A DNA stretch of 52,780 bases from an uncultured Candidatus Saccharibacteria bacterium (lineage in GTDB: Bacteria > Patescibacteriota > Minisyncoccia > Phycocordibacterales > UBA9973), in NCBI GenBank assembly GCA_964412965.1, contig CAYPQU010000001.1, positions 91,771 through 144,550 on the forward strand, read 5' to 3'. Shown here in pieces: positions 8,338 through 17,587 of the stretch. The notes beneath the pieces were generated by a model. It was not told where the DNA came from. It made no database searches and was given only the letters and a program-made list of their open reading frames with translations. A program made the position numbers and the translations under genes. Position 1 is the first letter of the stretch; the number at the start of each line of letters is the position of its first letter.

Positions 8338-10038
8338 ATGGTTATATCATTTGACGATGAAAAACAGATAAAAGGTCTTGAGGATTTGAGAAAACAAGAA
8401 GAAGAAAATCTCATTGAGTTTATTGCTCAAGCTAAATACGGAATACCTCCTATCAATCTAGCTGGTATGACAATAGACAATGATGCTCTTAGAGCAATTA
8501 CCGAAAAAGAAGCAAGAGAATTTGGAATAGCTCCCTTTAAACTTGTTGGTAAAAATTTACACATAGCGATCAGGTCTCCCCAACCAGAAAAATTACAACA
8601 ACTAAGTGAGTACTTTGTCTCTAAAAAATATAACCCTTATTTTTATATGGCATCAATGGCCAGTCTTGAAAAAGTATGGGAAAGATACAAGGAATTGTCT
8701 TATGCTTCAGAATCTAAAATAGGAACTGTTACAATCACAGGTGAGGCTTTGCAAAAAATAATACCTGAAATTAAAAATGTAGACGATATCACCAGGCTCA
8801 TCAAAGAAGCAGAGAAAGAAAAAATCCGAACAACTTCAAAAATACTAGAAGTTGCAATTGCTGGAGCGATTGCAGTTAACGCATCCGACATACATTTTGA
8901 ACCAGAAGAAAAATTTGTTCGACTAAGATTTAGACTAGATGGAGTTCTTCAGCAATTAATGGAGATCTCCCCAGAAGTTCATAAATTCATCAATTCTCGA
9001 ATAAAACTTATTTCAGGATTAAAAATAACAACCAGTGAAGCAGCTCAAGATGGGCGATTTAGTTTCTTTTTTGGAGATGATGAAATTAATCTCCGTGTTT
9101 CTTTTATGCCAGGTGCGTACGGGGAATCAATAGTTTTACGTATTCTTAATCCAAAATCTATTAGGCATGAACTTGAAGAATTTGGAATAGAACAAAAACT
9201 GTACGATGTTTTTATGGATGAAATCAAAAAACCAAATGGTTTAATTCTTTTAACAGGTCCAACCGGTTCAGGTAAAACAACCACCTTGTATGCATTTTTA
9301 CAAAGAATTTATTCCAAGGAAATAAAAATAATTACAATTGAAGACCCTATCGAATATCACCTTCCTGGCATTTCGCAAACACAAGTCGATGAAGACAAGG
9401 GTTATACATTTTTCTCAGGATTAAGGTCAGCCCTTCGACAAGACCCAGATGTGATAATGGTAGGAGAAATTCGAGATCCAGACACAGCAAAAACAGCAGT
9501 TGAATCAGCATTAACAGGACACCTTGTTTTTTCTACCCTTCACACCAACAATGCTGCGGGAGTTATCCCAAGACTAATCGATCTGGATGTAAACTCAAAA
9601 ACTCTAGTTTCTGCGTTATCACTTTCTATTGCTCAAAGACTAGTTCGCAAGCTCTGTGATAATTGTAAAAAAGAAAAACCTTTCACCGATAAAGAAAAAA
9701 ATCTTGTCCTAGATATTTTAAATAAAGCCAAAAATAATGGTAAGGATATTGATAATTACGGAGTAGATATGGGTAAAGAATTTATTACCTATGAAGCAGT
9801 AGGCTGTGATAAGTGTAATCACACGGGGTATCATGGGCGAATAGGAATTTTTGAAGCCATTAAAACCGACGAGGAAATAGAAAAGATTATTCCACTAAAC
9901 CCTAGTGAAAGAGAAGTTAAAAAAATAGCCAACACTCAGGGAACATTAAATTTAAGAGAAGATGGGATAATAAAAGTCTTAAAAGGAATCACTTCTTTAG
10001 AAGAAGTAGCCAGTGTAGTAGATCTCGCTGAGGAGTAA
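8338..10038 (+). CDS. pilB: GspE/PilB family type IV pilus assembly ATPase
   Basis: ASDIHFEP, GPTGSGKTTT Walker A, TIEDPIEY, LRQDPDVIMVGEIRD, STLHTN, CDNC...CDKC zinc site. Confidence 0.9.
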   Translation: MVISFDDEKQIKGLEDLRKQEEENLIEFIAQAKYGIPPINLAGMTIDNDALRAITEKEAREFGIAPFKLVGKNLHIAIRSPQPEKLQQLSEYFVSKKYNPYFYMASMASLEKVWERYKELSYASESKIGTVTITGEALQKIIPEIKNVDDITRLIKEAEKEKIRTTSKILEVAIAGAIAVNASDIHFEPEEKFVRLRFRLDGVLQQLMEISPEVHKFINSRIKLISGLKITTSEAAQDGRFSFFFGDDEINLRVSFMPGAYGESIVLRILNPKSIRHELEEFGIEQKLYDVFMDEIKKPNGLILLTGPTGSGKTTTLYAFLQRIYSKEIKIITIEDPIEYHLPGISQTQVDEDKGYTFFSGLRSALRQDPDVIMVGEIRDPDTAKTAVESALTGHLVFSTLHTNNAAGVIPRLIDLDVNSKTLVSALSLSIAQRLVRKLCDNCKKEKPFTDKEKNLVLDILNKAKNNGKDIDNYGVDMGKEFITYEAVGCDKCNHTGYHGRIGIFEAIKTDEEIEKIIPLNPSEREVKKIANTQGTLNLREDGIIKVLKGITSLEEVASVVDLAEE

Positions 10039-10040
10039 AC

Positions 10041-10070
10041 AAAACACCCCGACTTTTGTCGGGGTGTTTT
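10041..10070. terminator. Bidirectional intrinsic terminator (AAAACACCCCGAC family)
   Basis: 13-bp perfect stem AAAACACCCCGAC-TTTT-GTCGGGGTGTTTT just after the pilB stop. Confidence 0.85.
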
Positions 10071-10227
10071 TTAAGAAAACATAAATCTCTAAACAATCCT
10101 TTGAGAAAATAATTTTTCAAAGTAATATAATATTACAGGATAGTCCCAGTAAACCAAAGGAACCAGGGCGTCCTACTCTAAGATATAGAGCCTGTGGCCG
10201 ATTGCTTAGAGATTTATATCCTCTTAA
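10071..10227 (-). ncRNA. Candidate structured ncRNA (6S-like long closing stem); identity unconfirmed
   Basis: Ends 10071-10098 and 10200-10227 form a 28-bp helix on the minus strand (4 G-U pairs, no mismatch) enclosing several internal hairpins. It is flanked by a minus-strand TGCTATACT (10279-10287) and the 10041-10070 terminator. Confidence 0.5.
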
Positions 10228-10299
10228 TTTAAATGCTATAATAAGGAAGCGAACTTCCGTTTAACCTTAATTATTTAAAGTATAGCATATCGTAAAAAA

Positions 10300-11292
10300 A
10301 TGTCAAGTCCTGATAAAAACAAAAAAGAAGATAGCTTTTTAGACCAAACATTGAGGCCGAGTGTTTGGGATGAATATATTGGTCAAGAAAGCATCAAGAA
10401 TAATTTAAAAATACTTCTAGTTGCAGCTGAGGAGAGATCTCATCCAGCAGAACACATTCTTTTCTATGGACCACCAGGCCTAGGAAAAACAACTTTGGCT
10501 CATTTAATAGCAAAAGAAACAAATCGCCAGATGAAAATTACTTCTGGCCCAGCTATCGAAAAAGTTGGGGACCTTGCTTCAATACTTACAAATTTATCTC
10601 CCGGAGATATTGTTTTTATCGACGAAATTCACAGACTAAACAAAATGGTTGAAGAAGTCCTCTACCCTGCGATGGAGTCTGGTGTTCTAGATATAATAAT
10701 AGGTAAAGGACCTTCCGCTCGCACGATACAACTAGACCTTCCTCCTTTTACACTAATTGCTGCAACAACTCGCGTAGCTCTTATTTCATCTCCACTTAGA
10801 TCAAGATTTTCTGGAGGAGTTTTTCGTCTAGAATTTTATAATAACGAAGAGATTAAAAAAATAATCAAAAGATCCGCAAAAATTCTAGGAGTAGAACTAG
10901 AAGACGAAGCCCTAGAAGAAATTAGCAAGCGAGCTAGATTCACCCCAAGAACAGCTAATTATTTGCTTAAAAGGTGTAGAGATTATGCTCAAGTAAATAA
11001 AACAATCCTTTCTAAAGAATCAGTCAAGAAAGCACTCGCTTTATTAGAAATAGACGAACTAGGACTATCTTCTTCTGATAGAAGAATTTTGGACATCATC
11101 ATTAGTAAATTTAATGGTGGCCCAGTAGGGCTAAAAACAATTTCTGCAGCAACGGGAGAAGAAGAAGCAACAGTTGAAGAAGTTATTGAGCCATATTTAA
11201 TCCAACTTGGTTTATTAGACAGAACAATTCGTGGTAGAATTATAACAAGAAAAGGCTACGAACATCTCGGATATGAATACAACAAAGAATAG
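10300..11292 (+). CDS. ruvB: Holliday junction branch migration helicase RuvB
   Basis: LRPSVWDEYIGQ, GPPGLGKTT, FIDEIHRL, LIAATTR, RFTPRTANYLL, VIEPYLIQLG. Confidence 0.97.
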   Translation: MSSPDKNKKEDSFLDQTLRPSVWDEYIGQESIKNNLKILLVAAEERSHPAEHILFYGPPGLGKTTLAHLIAKETNRQMKITSGPAIEKVGDLASILTNLSPGDIVFIDEIHRLNKMVEEVLYPAMESGVLDIIIGKGPSARTIQLDLPPFTLIAATTRVALISSPLRSRFSGGVFRLEFYNNEEIKKIIKRSAKILGVELEDEALEEISKRARFTPRTANYLLKRCRDYAQVNKTILSKESVKKALALLEIDELGLSSSDRRILDIIISKFNGGPVGLKTISAATGEEEATVEEVIEPYLIQLGLLDRTIRGRIITRKGYEHLGYEYNKE

Positions 11293-11764
11293 AATACTTT
11301 CCATCGACCCAGGATACGAAAGAATAGGAGTTGCTGTTTTAGAAAAAGACTCTTCGGGAAAAGAAATACTTTTATTTTCTGAATGTTTCAAAACTTCATC
11401 TAATATTCTACACTACGAAAGACTCGCTTCAATAGGAGAAGAACTTGATTCTGTAATCAAAAAATATAAACCAAATATAATGTCAATTGAAAAATTGTAT
11501 TTTACGACAAACCAAAAAACTGTTATGGGTGTTTCTGAAGCAAGAGGGGTTATGCTTTTTGTCGGAAAAATAAACAATCTAGAAATTTTTGAATATACTC
11601 CACCGGAAATCAAAGTTGCAGTTACTGGATACGGAAAAGCTACAAAAGAAATGGTGATGGCGATGGTTCCTAAATTAATTAAAATTGAAAAAACAATAAA
11701 GTCAGACGACGAGCTAGATGCAATAGCTATCGGTCTAACATGTTTTGCTTGTGAAAAATTCTAA
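11273..11764 (+). CDS. ruvC: Holliday junction resolvase RuvC
   Basis: ILSIDPGYERIG, IEKLYF, EYTPPEIKVAVTGYGKATK, DDELDAIAIG. Confidence 0.95.
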   Translation: MNTTKNRILSIDPGYERIGVAVLEKDSSGKEILLFSECFKTSSNILHYERLASIGEELDSVIKKYKPNIMSIEKLYFTTNQKTVMGVSEARGVMLFVGKINNLEIFEYTPPEIKVAVTGYGKATKEMVMAMVPKLIKIEKTIKSDDELDAIAIGLTCFACEKF

Positions 11765-11804
11765 AACTACACAATAGGCTTATTTTAAAAGCTTATATTT
11801 ACTA

Positions 11805-11833
11805 TTGCAAAGTGTATTATATTTTGCTACAAA
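11805..11833 (+). promoter_or_regulatory. Sigma70-type promoter for the small acidic protein
   Basis: TTGCAA-17 nt-TACAAA with extended TG. Confidence 0.5.
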
Positions 11834-11875
11834 TAATCTATTATTAAAAATATTTTTTATTTCGCATAGTTAGGT

Positions 11876-12133
11876 ATGGATAAAGATGATATCAAAAATA
11901 TAGACTTAGAAGAGGAGGAGGATCTAGATTTTACCAAAAAGAAAAAAGGTCGGGGTTTTAAAGATGACGAAGAGGAAATAGTAGGAGGAGTAAAAGACCC
12001 TCTTGATGATGATTTTATAGGTGACGAAGATGTGCTAGATGACGAAGAAGAGGGTTATTATTTAAACGAAGATGGAGAAGAAGCAGATGAGTGGGATGAT
12101 GTTTATGGATACAAAGACGAATATGAATCTTAA
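11876..12133 (+). CDS. Small, very acidic, probably disordered protein
   Basis: 38 of 85 residues are D/E, with a KKKKGR patch; own promoter and terminator. Confidence 0.7.
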   Translation: MDKDDIKNIDLEEEEDLDFTKKKKGRGFKDDEEEIVGGVKDPLDDDFIGDEDVLDDEEEGYYLNEDGEEADEWDDVYGYKDEYES

Positions 12134-12173
12134 AATTAAAAACACCCAACAAATCGGGTGTTTTTAATTTTAA
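12130..12173. terminator. Bidirectional terminator between the convergent acidic ORF and tyrS
   Basis: 18-bp perfect stem TTAAAATTAAAAACACCC / GGGTGTTTTTAATTTTAA, 8-nt loop. Confidence 0.85.
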
Positions 12174-13363
12174 GTAAAAGATATTTTTACAAACCTCTTC
12201 TTGCCTATTCGGTAAACTCCTTCAAAAACTTTCTGATTGTATTCAATAATTTTTTGATTTTCTCCTAAAAGAACAACAGCCCCACCATCTACTAACCGCC
12301 TAAAATCACTCTTGGAAGAAACTATTTTATTTAAAACCAAAACGTTAACAAGCGACTCATCTTTTTTTGTTGTTATTACTTCTACGTCATCAGGAATTTC
12401 TTTTTGTGAAAAAGTTCTTTGCCAACCTTTTTCAGCTAACTCACCTTTTTCTTGACCGTAAAAAGCAGAAACCACTTCCCTGGCTAATCTCATTTTATTT
12501 TCTTTAAAACAAGGATTGTCTCCCTTGAGCTCTTTTTGTATTTTTTCTATTTCTTCATCTTCAACATTTGTACAAAGCTCCAACGCAGACGGAATCATCT
12601 CGTCTGTCCAACTCATAACTTTTCCATACATATCATCTGGTGTGTCTGTAATTGTGACCATATTACCTTCTGTCTTACCCATCTTTTTTCCATTAGGATC
12701 TTCTAATAATTTCATTGTGATAACAAATTTTTCTTTGCCTTTCATGCTTTTCAACATATCCCTACCACAGAGCATGTTGAATGTTTGATCATTACCGCCA
12801 ATTTCTCCATCTACATTCATTGCCACTGAATCATAAGCTTGCATTAGTGGGTACATAAATTCGTGAATAAAAACAGGTTTACCTTCGTTCATTCTTTTTT
12901 TAAACATATCCCTTTCTAGCATTTGCTGAACTGTCATTTGTGAAGCCAAAGACAAAACTTCTTCAAACCTCATTTTTGAGTGCCATTTTGAATTAAATCT
13001 AAGTTCTGCTTTATTTTTTCCACTAAATGAAATTATTTTTGAGAGTTGTTTTTTGTATCCCTTTAAATTTTTTAAAACTTCTTTTTTAGTAAGTTGTTTT
13101 CTTGTTGCACTTTTATCTGTTGGATCACCTATCATGGCGGTAAAATCACCCAAAAGTAGTATTATTTTGTGTCCAGCTTTTTGAAATTCACTTAATTTTT
13201 TTACAGGAATAGCATGACCAAGGTGCAAACTAGGACCTGTTGGGTCAATTCCTAAATAAATAGTTAATTTTTCTCCTTTTTCCAGTCTTGATTTTAAATA
13301 TTCACGAGATGGATAAATAGAGGCCACCCCGCGATTTAGTATCTGTTCATTAATCTTATTCAT
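12170..13363 (-). CDS. tyrS: Tyrosine--tRNA ligase
   Basis: YLGIDPTGPSLHLGH (HIGH), YPLMQAYD, GGNDQTFN, KMGKT (KMSKS), C-terminal S4-like domain ending RIGKKRF. Confidence 0.97.
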   Translation of the reverse strand: MNKINEQILNRGVASIYPSREYLKSRLEKGEKLTIYLGIDPTGPSLHLGHAIPVKKLSEFQKAGHKIILLLGDFTAMIGDPTDKSATRKQLTKKEVLKNLKGYKKQLSKIISFSGKNKAELRFNSKWHSKMRFEEVLSLASQMTVQQMLERDMFKKRMNEGKPVFIHEFMYPLMQAYDSVAMNVDGEIGGNDQTFNMLCGRDMLKSMKGKEKFVITMKLLEDPNGKKMGKTEGNMVTITDTPDDMYGKVMSWTDEMIPSALELCTNVEDEEIEKIQKELKGDNPCFKENKMRLAREVVSAFYGQEKGELAEKGWQRTFSQKEIPDDVEVITTKKDESLVNVLVLNKIVSSKSDFRRLVDGGAVVLLGENQKIIEYNQKVFEGVYRIGKKRFVKISFT

Positions 13364-13482
13364 TGTTATATTTTAACACATTTACAACTTTTTAAGAATA
13401 TTATATGGTATTATACTAAATAGGATCATGTTCCCGTCCTGGAATTTAAATCCGCATTATTTTTATAAAAAACATTAAATTT

Positions 13483-15996
13483 ATGGTGAAAGAAAAGAAA
13501 AAAAAGATTAAAAAAGACTCGACTAAGACTAAAAATATTATATTTATGATATTGGGAGCAGGTATTCTGCTTTCAGGTTTGTTTATTTTATGGATAAGCA
13601 CACTAAAGATGCCTGATTTTAAATCTTTTACTGAAAGAAAAATACAGAGCTCAACAAAAATATATGACAGGACGGGTGAAATACTTTTATATGATGTTCA
13701 CCAGGACATCAAAAGAACAATTATCCCCTACGAAGAAATGGGTGACAATATTAAAATGGCAACTATTGCCATAGAGGATTCTGAATTTTTTAACCACAAA
13801 GGAATAAGAATATCTTCTATTATTAGAGGAACTGTCTGGGCCAAACTAACAGGAAAAAGAATTCAAGGAGGTTCAACAATTACCCAACAATTAATCAAGA
13901 ACACCCTTTTGACCCAAGAGGTTTCTATCGCTAGAAAAATAAAGGAATGGATTTTGGCAGTTAGACTTGAAAAAATTATGACAAAAGAAGAAATTCTCGC
14001 TCTTTATTTGAACGAAGCTCCATACGGAGGAAATGTTTATGGAATCAAAGAAGCTTCTAAAATGTTTTTTGACAAAGAACCAGAAGACCTTAGTTTAAAT
14101 GAGGCCGCATATTTAGCAGCAATTCCAAATGGGCCTACCTACTATTCACCGTACGGGAAAAATGTTGATAAATTAGAAAATCGAAAAAACCTCGTTTTAT
14201 CGAGAATGCTAGAGGTTGGTTATATTAACCAAGAACAGTATGATGAAAACAAAAATCAAAAAGCTGTTTTCCAGCCACAAAAAGTATCTAACATTGCAGC
14301 TCCTCACTTTGTATTCTTTGTAAAAGATTATTTAGAAAATAAATACGGAACAAATGCTTTAACAGAAGGTGGGCTAAAGGTTATAACAACACTAGATTAT
14401 GATCTTCAAAAAAAAGCAGAAGAAGTAGCCTTAGCCAAAGCAAAAGAAAATGAAACTAACTGGGGTGGAAACAATGCCGCTATAGTAGTGATAGATCCAA
14501 AAACTGGACAAATTCTGTCGATGGTTGGCTCTAGAAATTATTTTGACAAAGACATAGATGGTAATTTTAATGTTACAACAGCTGCCAGACAACCAGGTTC
14601 CTCCTTTAAACCAATTGTCTACGCCTTGGCTTTTGAAAAAGGGTACACAGACAAAACAACTTTATTCGATGTAAAAACAGAGTTTAACTCTTCTTGTAAC
14701 CCACAAGGTGAACCAAACAACGACAAGTGCTACACTCCAAGTAATTATGATAATTCTTTTAGGGGCCCAATGACCCTTCGAGATGGACTTGCTCAATCCA
14801 TCAACGTTATTGCAGTTAAGGTTTTGTATTTAGTTGGTATTCAAGACGCAATAAAGCTGGCTCAGAATCTTGGCATAACCACAGTTAGAAACGACCCTAG
14901 CCGATATGGACTCTCTTTGGTTATTGGAGGAGGAGAAACTACTCTTTTGGATATGACCTCAGCTTATGGTGTTTTTGCTAACGAAGGAATTAGAAATCCT
15001 TATCAAAGCATCTTGTCTGTTATAGATAACAACGGAAACACACTAGAAGAGTTTGAAATAAATTCAAAACAAATATTAAAACCAAACACAACAAGAATTG
15101 TCTCCAGTATCCTTTCAGACAACACGTCAAGAACTCCCACCTTTGGCGCTAATTCAATTTTAAACATTCCTGGCAGCGAGGTTGCTGTAAAAACCGGTAC
15201 GACAAACGACAATAAAGACGCCTGGACTATTGGATACACACCCTCTGTGGCGGTAGGTGTTTGGGTTGGAAACAACGACAATAAACCAATGAAGAAAGGC
15301 GGAGCCGCTTTGGCTGGGCCTATATGGAACGCTGTAATGAGTGAGGCAATAAGAAAAATGCCAAGTGATGGTTTTAGTCGACCTGAAGCAATAGACCCTA
15401 CCATACCCCCAATTCTAAGAGGATACTGGCAAGGAGGGGAAACATTTGTGGTGGATAAAATATCTGGTGGATTGGCAACAGAAAACACCCCTCTTGAATC
15501 TAGAGAAGAAAAATCGATTACAGATGTTCATACTATTTTATACTGGCTAGATAAAAACAATCCACTTAAAAAAGAAGCTGGATTAAAAAATGATTTTCAG
15601 TTTAAAAACTGGGAATATGGGGTACAAAAATGGTGGGATGCCAATAAAACAAAATACTCAACAGTGACAGAAAAAGATCTTCCCTCTTTTTATGATAATG
15701 TTCACACAGAAGAATACCGTCCTCAAATAAACATTGTAAACATAACTAACAATATTTACAGTAAAAACGATTTATTAAAAATAGAACTCGAGATAAACAG
15801 TAAAAATACTATTAAAAAAGTTGATATTTTTATTAATGATTCTTATATAACATCATTAAAATATTATCCTTTTGAAACTACTGTTGATTTAAGTAAAACA
15901 GACAACCTATCAAGCACAAACAACTTAAGAGTCATTGCTGTTGACTCGTTAGGAAATATATCTGAACAAGGCACAAACTTTTTTGTAGCTGAATAA
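13483..15996 (+). CDS. Class A penicillin-binding protein (transglycosylase-transpeptidase) with C-terminal Ig-like domain
   Basis: N-terminal TM, IEDSEFFNHKG, GGSTITQQL, RKIKE; SxxK (GSSFKP), SxN (QSIN), KTG motifs; C-terminal beta-rich LRVIAVDSLGN. Confidence 0.93.
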   Translation: MVKEKKKKIKKDSTKTKNIIFMILGAGILLSGLFILWISTLKMPDFKSFTERKIQSSTKIYDRTGEILLYDVHQDIKRTIIPYEEMGDNIKMATIAIEDSEFFNHKGIRISSIIRGTVWAKLTGKRIQGGSTITQQLIKNTLLTQEVSIARKIKEWILAVRLEKIMTKEEILALYLNEAPYGGNVYGIKEASKMFFDKEPEDLSLNEAAYLAAIPNGPTYYSPYGKNVDKLENRKNLVLSRMLEVGYINQEQYDENKNQKAVFQPQKVSNIAAPHFVFFVKDYLENKYGTNALTEGGLKVITTLDYDLQKKAEEVALAKAKENETNWGGNNAAIVVIDPKTGQILSMVGSRNYFDKDIDGNFNVTTAARQPGSSFKPIVYALAFEKGYTDKTTLFDVKTEFNSSCNPQGEPNNDKCYTPSNYDNSFRGPMTLRDGLAQSINVIAVKVLYLVGIQDAIKLAQNLGITTVRNDPSRYGLSLVIGGGETTLLDMTSAYGVFANEGIRNPYQSILSVIDNNGNTLEEFEINSKQILKPNTTRIVSSILSDNTSRTPTFGANSILNIPGSEVAVKTGTTNDNKDAWTIGYTPSVAVGVWVGNNDNKPMKKGGAALAGPIWNAVMSEAIRKMPSDGFSRPEAIDPTIPPILRGYWQGGETFVVDKISGGLATENTPLESREEKSITDVHTILYWLDKNNPLKKEAGLKNDFQFKNWEYGVQKWWDANKTKYSTVTEKDLPSFYDNVHTEEYRPQINIVNITNNIYSKNDLLKIELEINSKNTIKKVDIFINDSYITSLKYYPFETTVDLSKTDNLSSTNNLRVIAVDSLGNISEQGTNFFVAE

Positions 15997-16263
15997 TTAT
16001 TTTATATCTATAACGCAAAAACCAGGATCTAATTCTTGAGCTAGGTCTTTTAATATTTTTTCTTTCCTTATTATTATTTCATTTTTAAAAACAGGAGAAC
16101 ATTTTAAATAAACAATTCCGTTTTTATAATCAAAAAAATCATCGTTAATATTAAAAGAAATGTTTTTTGAGACAATATCTCTAATTATTTTTTTTGTTTC
16201 TTGCTTTTGATAAATTATTTTCTTAAATTTATCAAAAAAACCATTTATATGATTATATTCCAT
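15997..16263 (-). CDS. Hypothetical protein, DciA/DUF721-like
   Basis: Overlaps the dnaN stop (TAATG); KNGIVYLKCSPVFKNEIIIRKEKILKDL resembles the DUF721 beta-beta-alpha core. Confidence 0.5.
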   Translation of the reverse strand: MEYNHINGFFDKFKKIIYQKQETKKIIRDIVSKNISFNINDDFFDYKNGIVYLKCSPVFKNEIIIRKEKILKDLAQELDPGFCVIDIK

Positions 16264-17360
16264 TATCTGTTCATTGGCATAACGAGATACATAAAAGAAG
16301 TATCTCCTACCCCTCTTAAAATCATCGCCTTATTATTACCACTAAGTTCTAGGCTTAGACTATCAACAGAAACTGACTGTAAACAGTCTAATATATATTT
16401 AAAGTTAAAACTAGCGGAAACATCTTCTCCGGAAAAAGCTCCATCTATCTCTGTGTTATTTTCTCCAATGTCTGAATTTTTTGATTCGAAGTTAAATAAT
16501 TTTTCGTTAGGTTTTATTGTTATTTCTACTTGATTAAATTTATCAGAAAAAATATTTGATATTTTTAAAGAAGACAATAAATCTTGTTTTAAAATAATGG
16601 CTTTTGTTGTTGGGTTTTTAGGAATTATTTGTTTATAATCTGGAAAACTTCCATCCACAACCCTTGAGGTCAAATAAATATTATTTGTTGATAAAGATAT
16701 TTGGTTTTTTTGTAAATTTATAGTGATATCGTCATCAATATTTTCAAATATTCTTATTATTTCAACTGTATTTTTGAATGGTATTAAAATTCCATCAAAG
16801 TTTAATTTTTGTTTAATCTTTATTTTTTTCTCTGCCAATCTAAATGAGTCTGTTGAAACAAAAACCAACATATCATCTTCTGGATAAACATAAACACTGC
16901 CTATCTCTGGTTTAATCTCTGAAATTGAAGCGCTATAATAAACTGACTTTATTCCCTCTATAAACTTTTTATTTTGAAGAATTATTGATTCACCCTCAAC
17001 TGTTGGTATTGTTGGAAAATCTTCATGAGGAATACTTTTTAATAAAATAGTGCTTGTTTTTGTTTTAACTAAAAGATTACCATTAACTAATTCAAATGTA
17101 ACATTAAAATCTCCTTGTAAAATGGAAAACAAAGAAGAAAGAATATCTCCTCTTACGGCCACAGTACCTTCTTTTTCTATTTTTGCGGGGACTTCTATTT
17201 CTATACCTATATTTAAATTTGTCGCTCTTAATTTAAGAGTTTTTCCTGACGCTACCCACAAAACAGATCCCAAAACTGGTAGTGTTAGATTTTTACCAGT
17301 TACCCTTTCTACAGAGATTAGAGCATTTTTAATTTTATCAATTGAGCATTCTATTTTCAT
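16263..17360 (-). CDS. dnaN: DNA polymerase III beta sliding clamp
   Basis: LRATNLNIG, STDSFRL, SRVVDGSFPDYKQIIP, YLVMPM; immediately downstream of dnaA. Confidence 0.97.
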   Translation of the reverse strand: MKIECSIDKIKNALISVERVTGKNLTLPVLGSVLWVASGKTLKLRATNLNIGIEIEVPAKIEKEGTVAVRGDILSSLFSILQGDFNVTFELVNGNLLVKTKTSTILLKSIPHEDFPTIPTVEGESIILQNKKFIEGIKSVYYSASISEIKPEIGSVYVYPEDDMLVFVSTDSFRLAEKKIKIKQKLNFDGILIPFKNTVEIIRIFENIDDDITINLQKNQISLSTNNIYLTSRVVDGSFPDYKQIIPKNPTTKAIILKQDLLSSLKISNIFSDKFNQVEITIKPNEKLFNFESKNSDIGENNTEIDGAFSGEDVSASFNFKYILDCLQSVSVDSLSLELSGNNKAMILRGVGDTSFMYLVMPMNR

Positions 17361-17587
17361 ATAAGTTATTAGATTAATTAGTATCTATTTTATATATTAT
17401 AAATTATTATTAATACTATGAGTGTGGATATGTGGATTAGTTGATTTATTGTTTTAAAATAAGATTGAAAATAATTTTTTTTATTTAATATCTCTTTTAA
17501 AAATGTTTATTAATTTTATAAAAACATATTAGCTGATAATTTTCCACTTTCTATTTCCACAATAGTCACACCTTATCCACAGCTTTA
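17361..17587. other. Replication origin oriC (dnaA-dnaN intergenic part)
   Basis: Perfect TTATCCACA at 17573-17581; near-consensus boxes at 17423-17431, 17431-17439, 17540-17548 and 17553-17561; AT-rich unwinding region with seven NAN trinucleotides at 17402-17422. Confidence 0.85.

Noticed and set aside
10137-10175. SRP (4.5S) RNA call from CAGTAAACCAAAGGAACCAG on the plus strand
   Set aside because: Resembles helix 8 only loosely: no GNRA tetraloop, altered symmetric loop, and no room for a plus-strand promoter after the pilB terminator. Kept only as an alternative to test.
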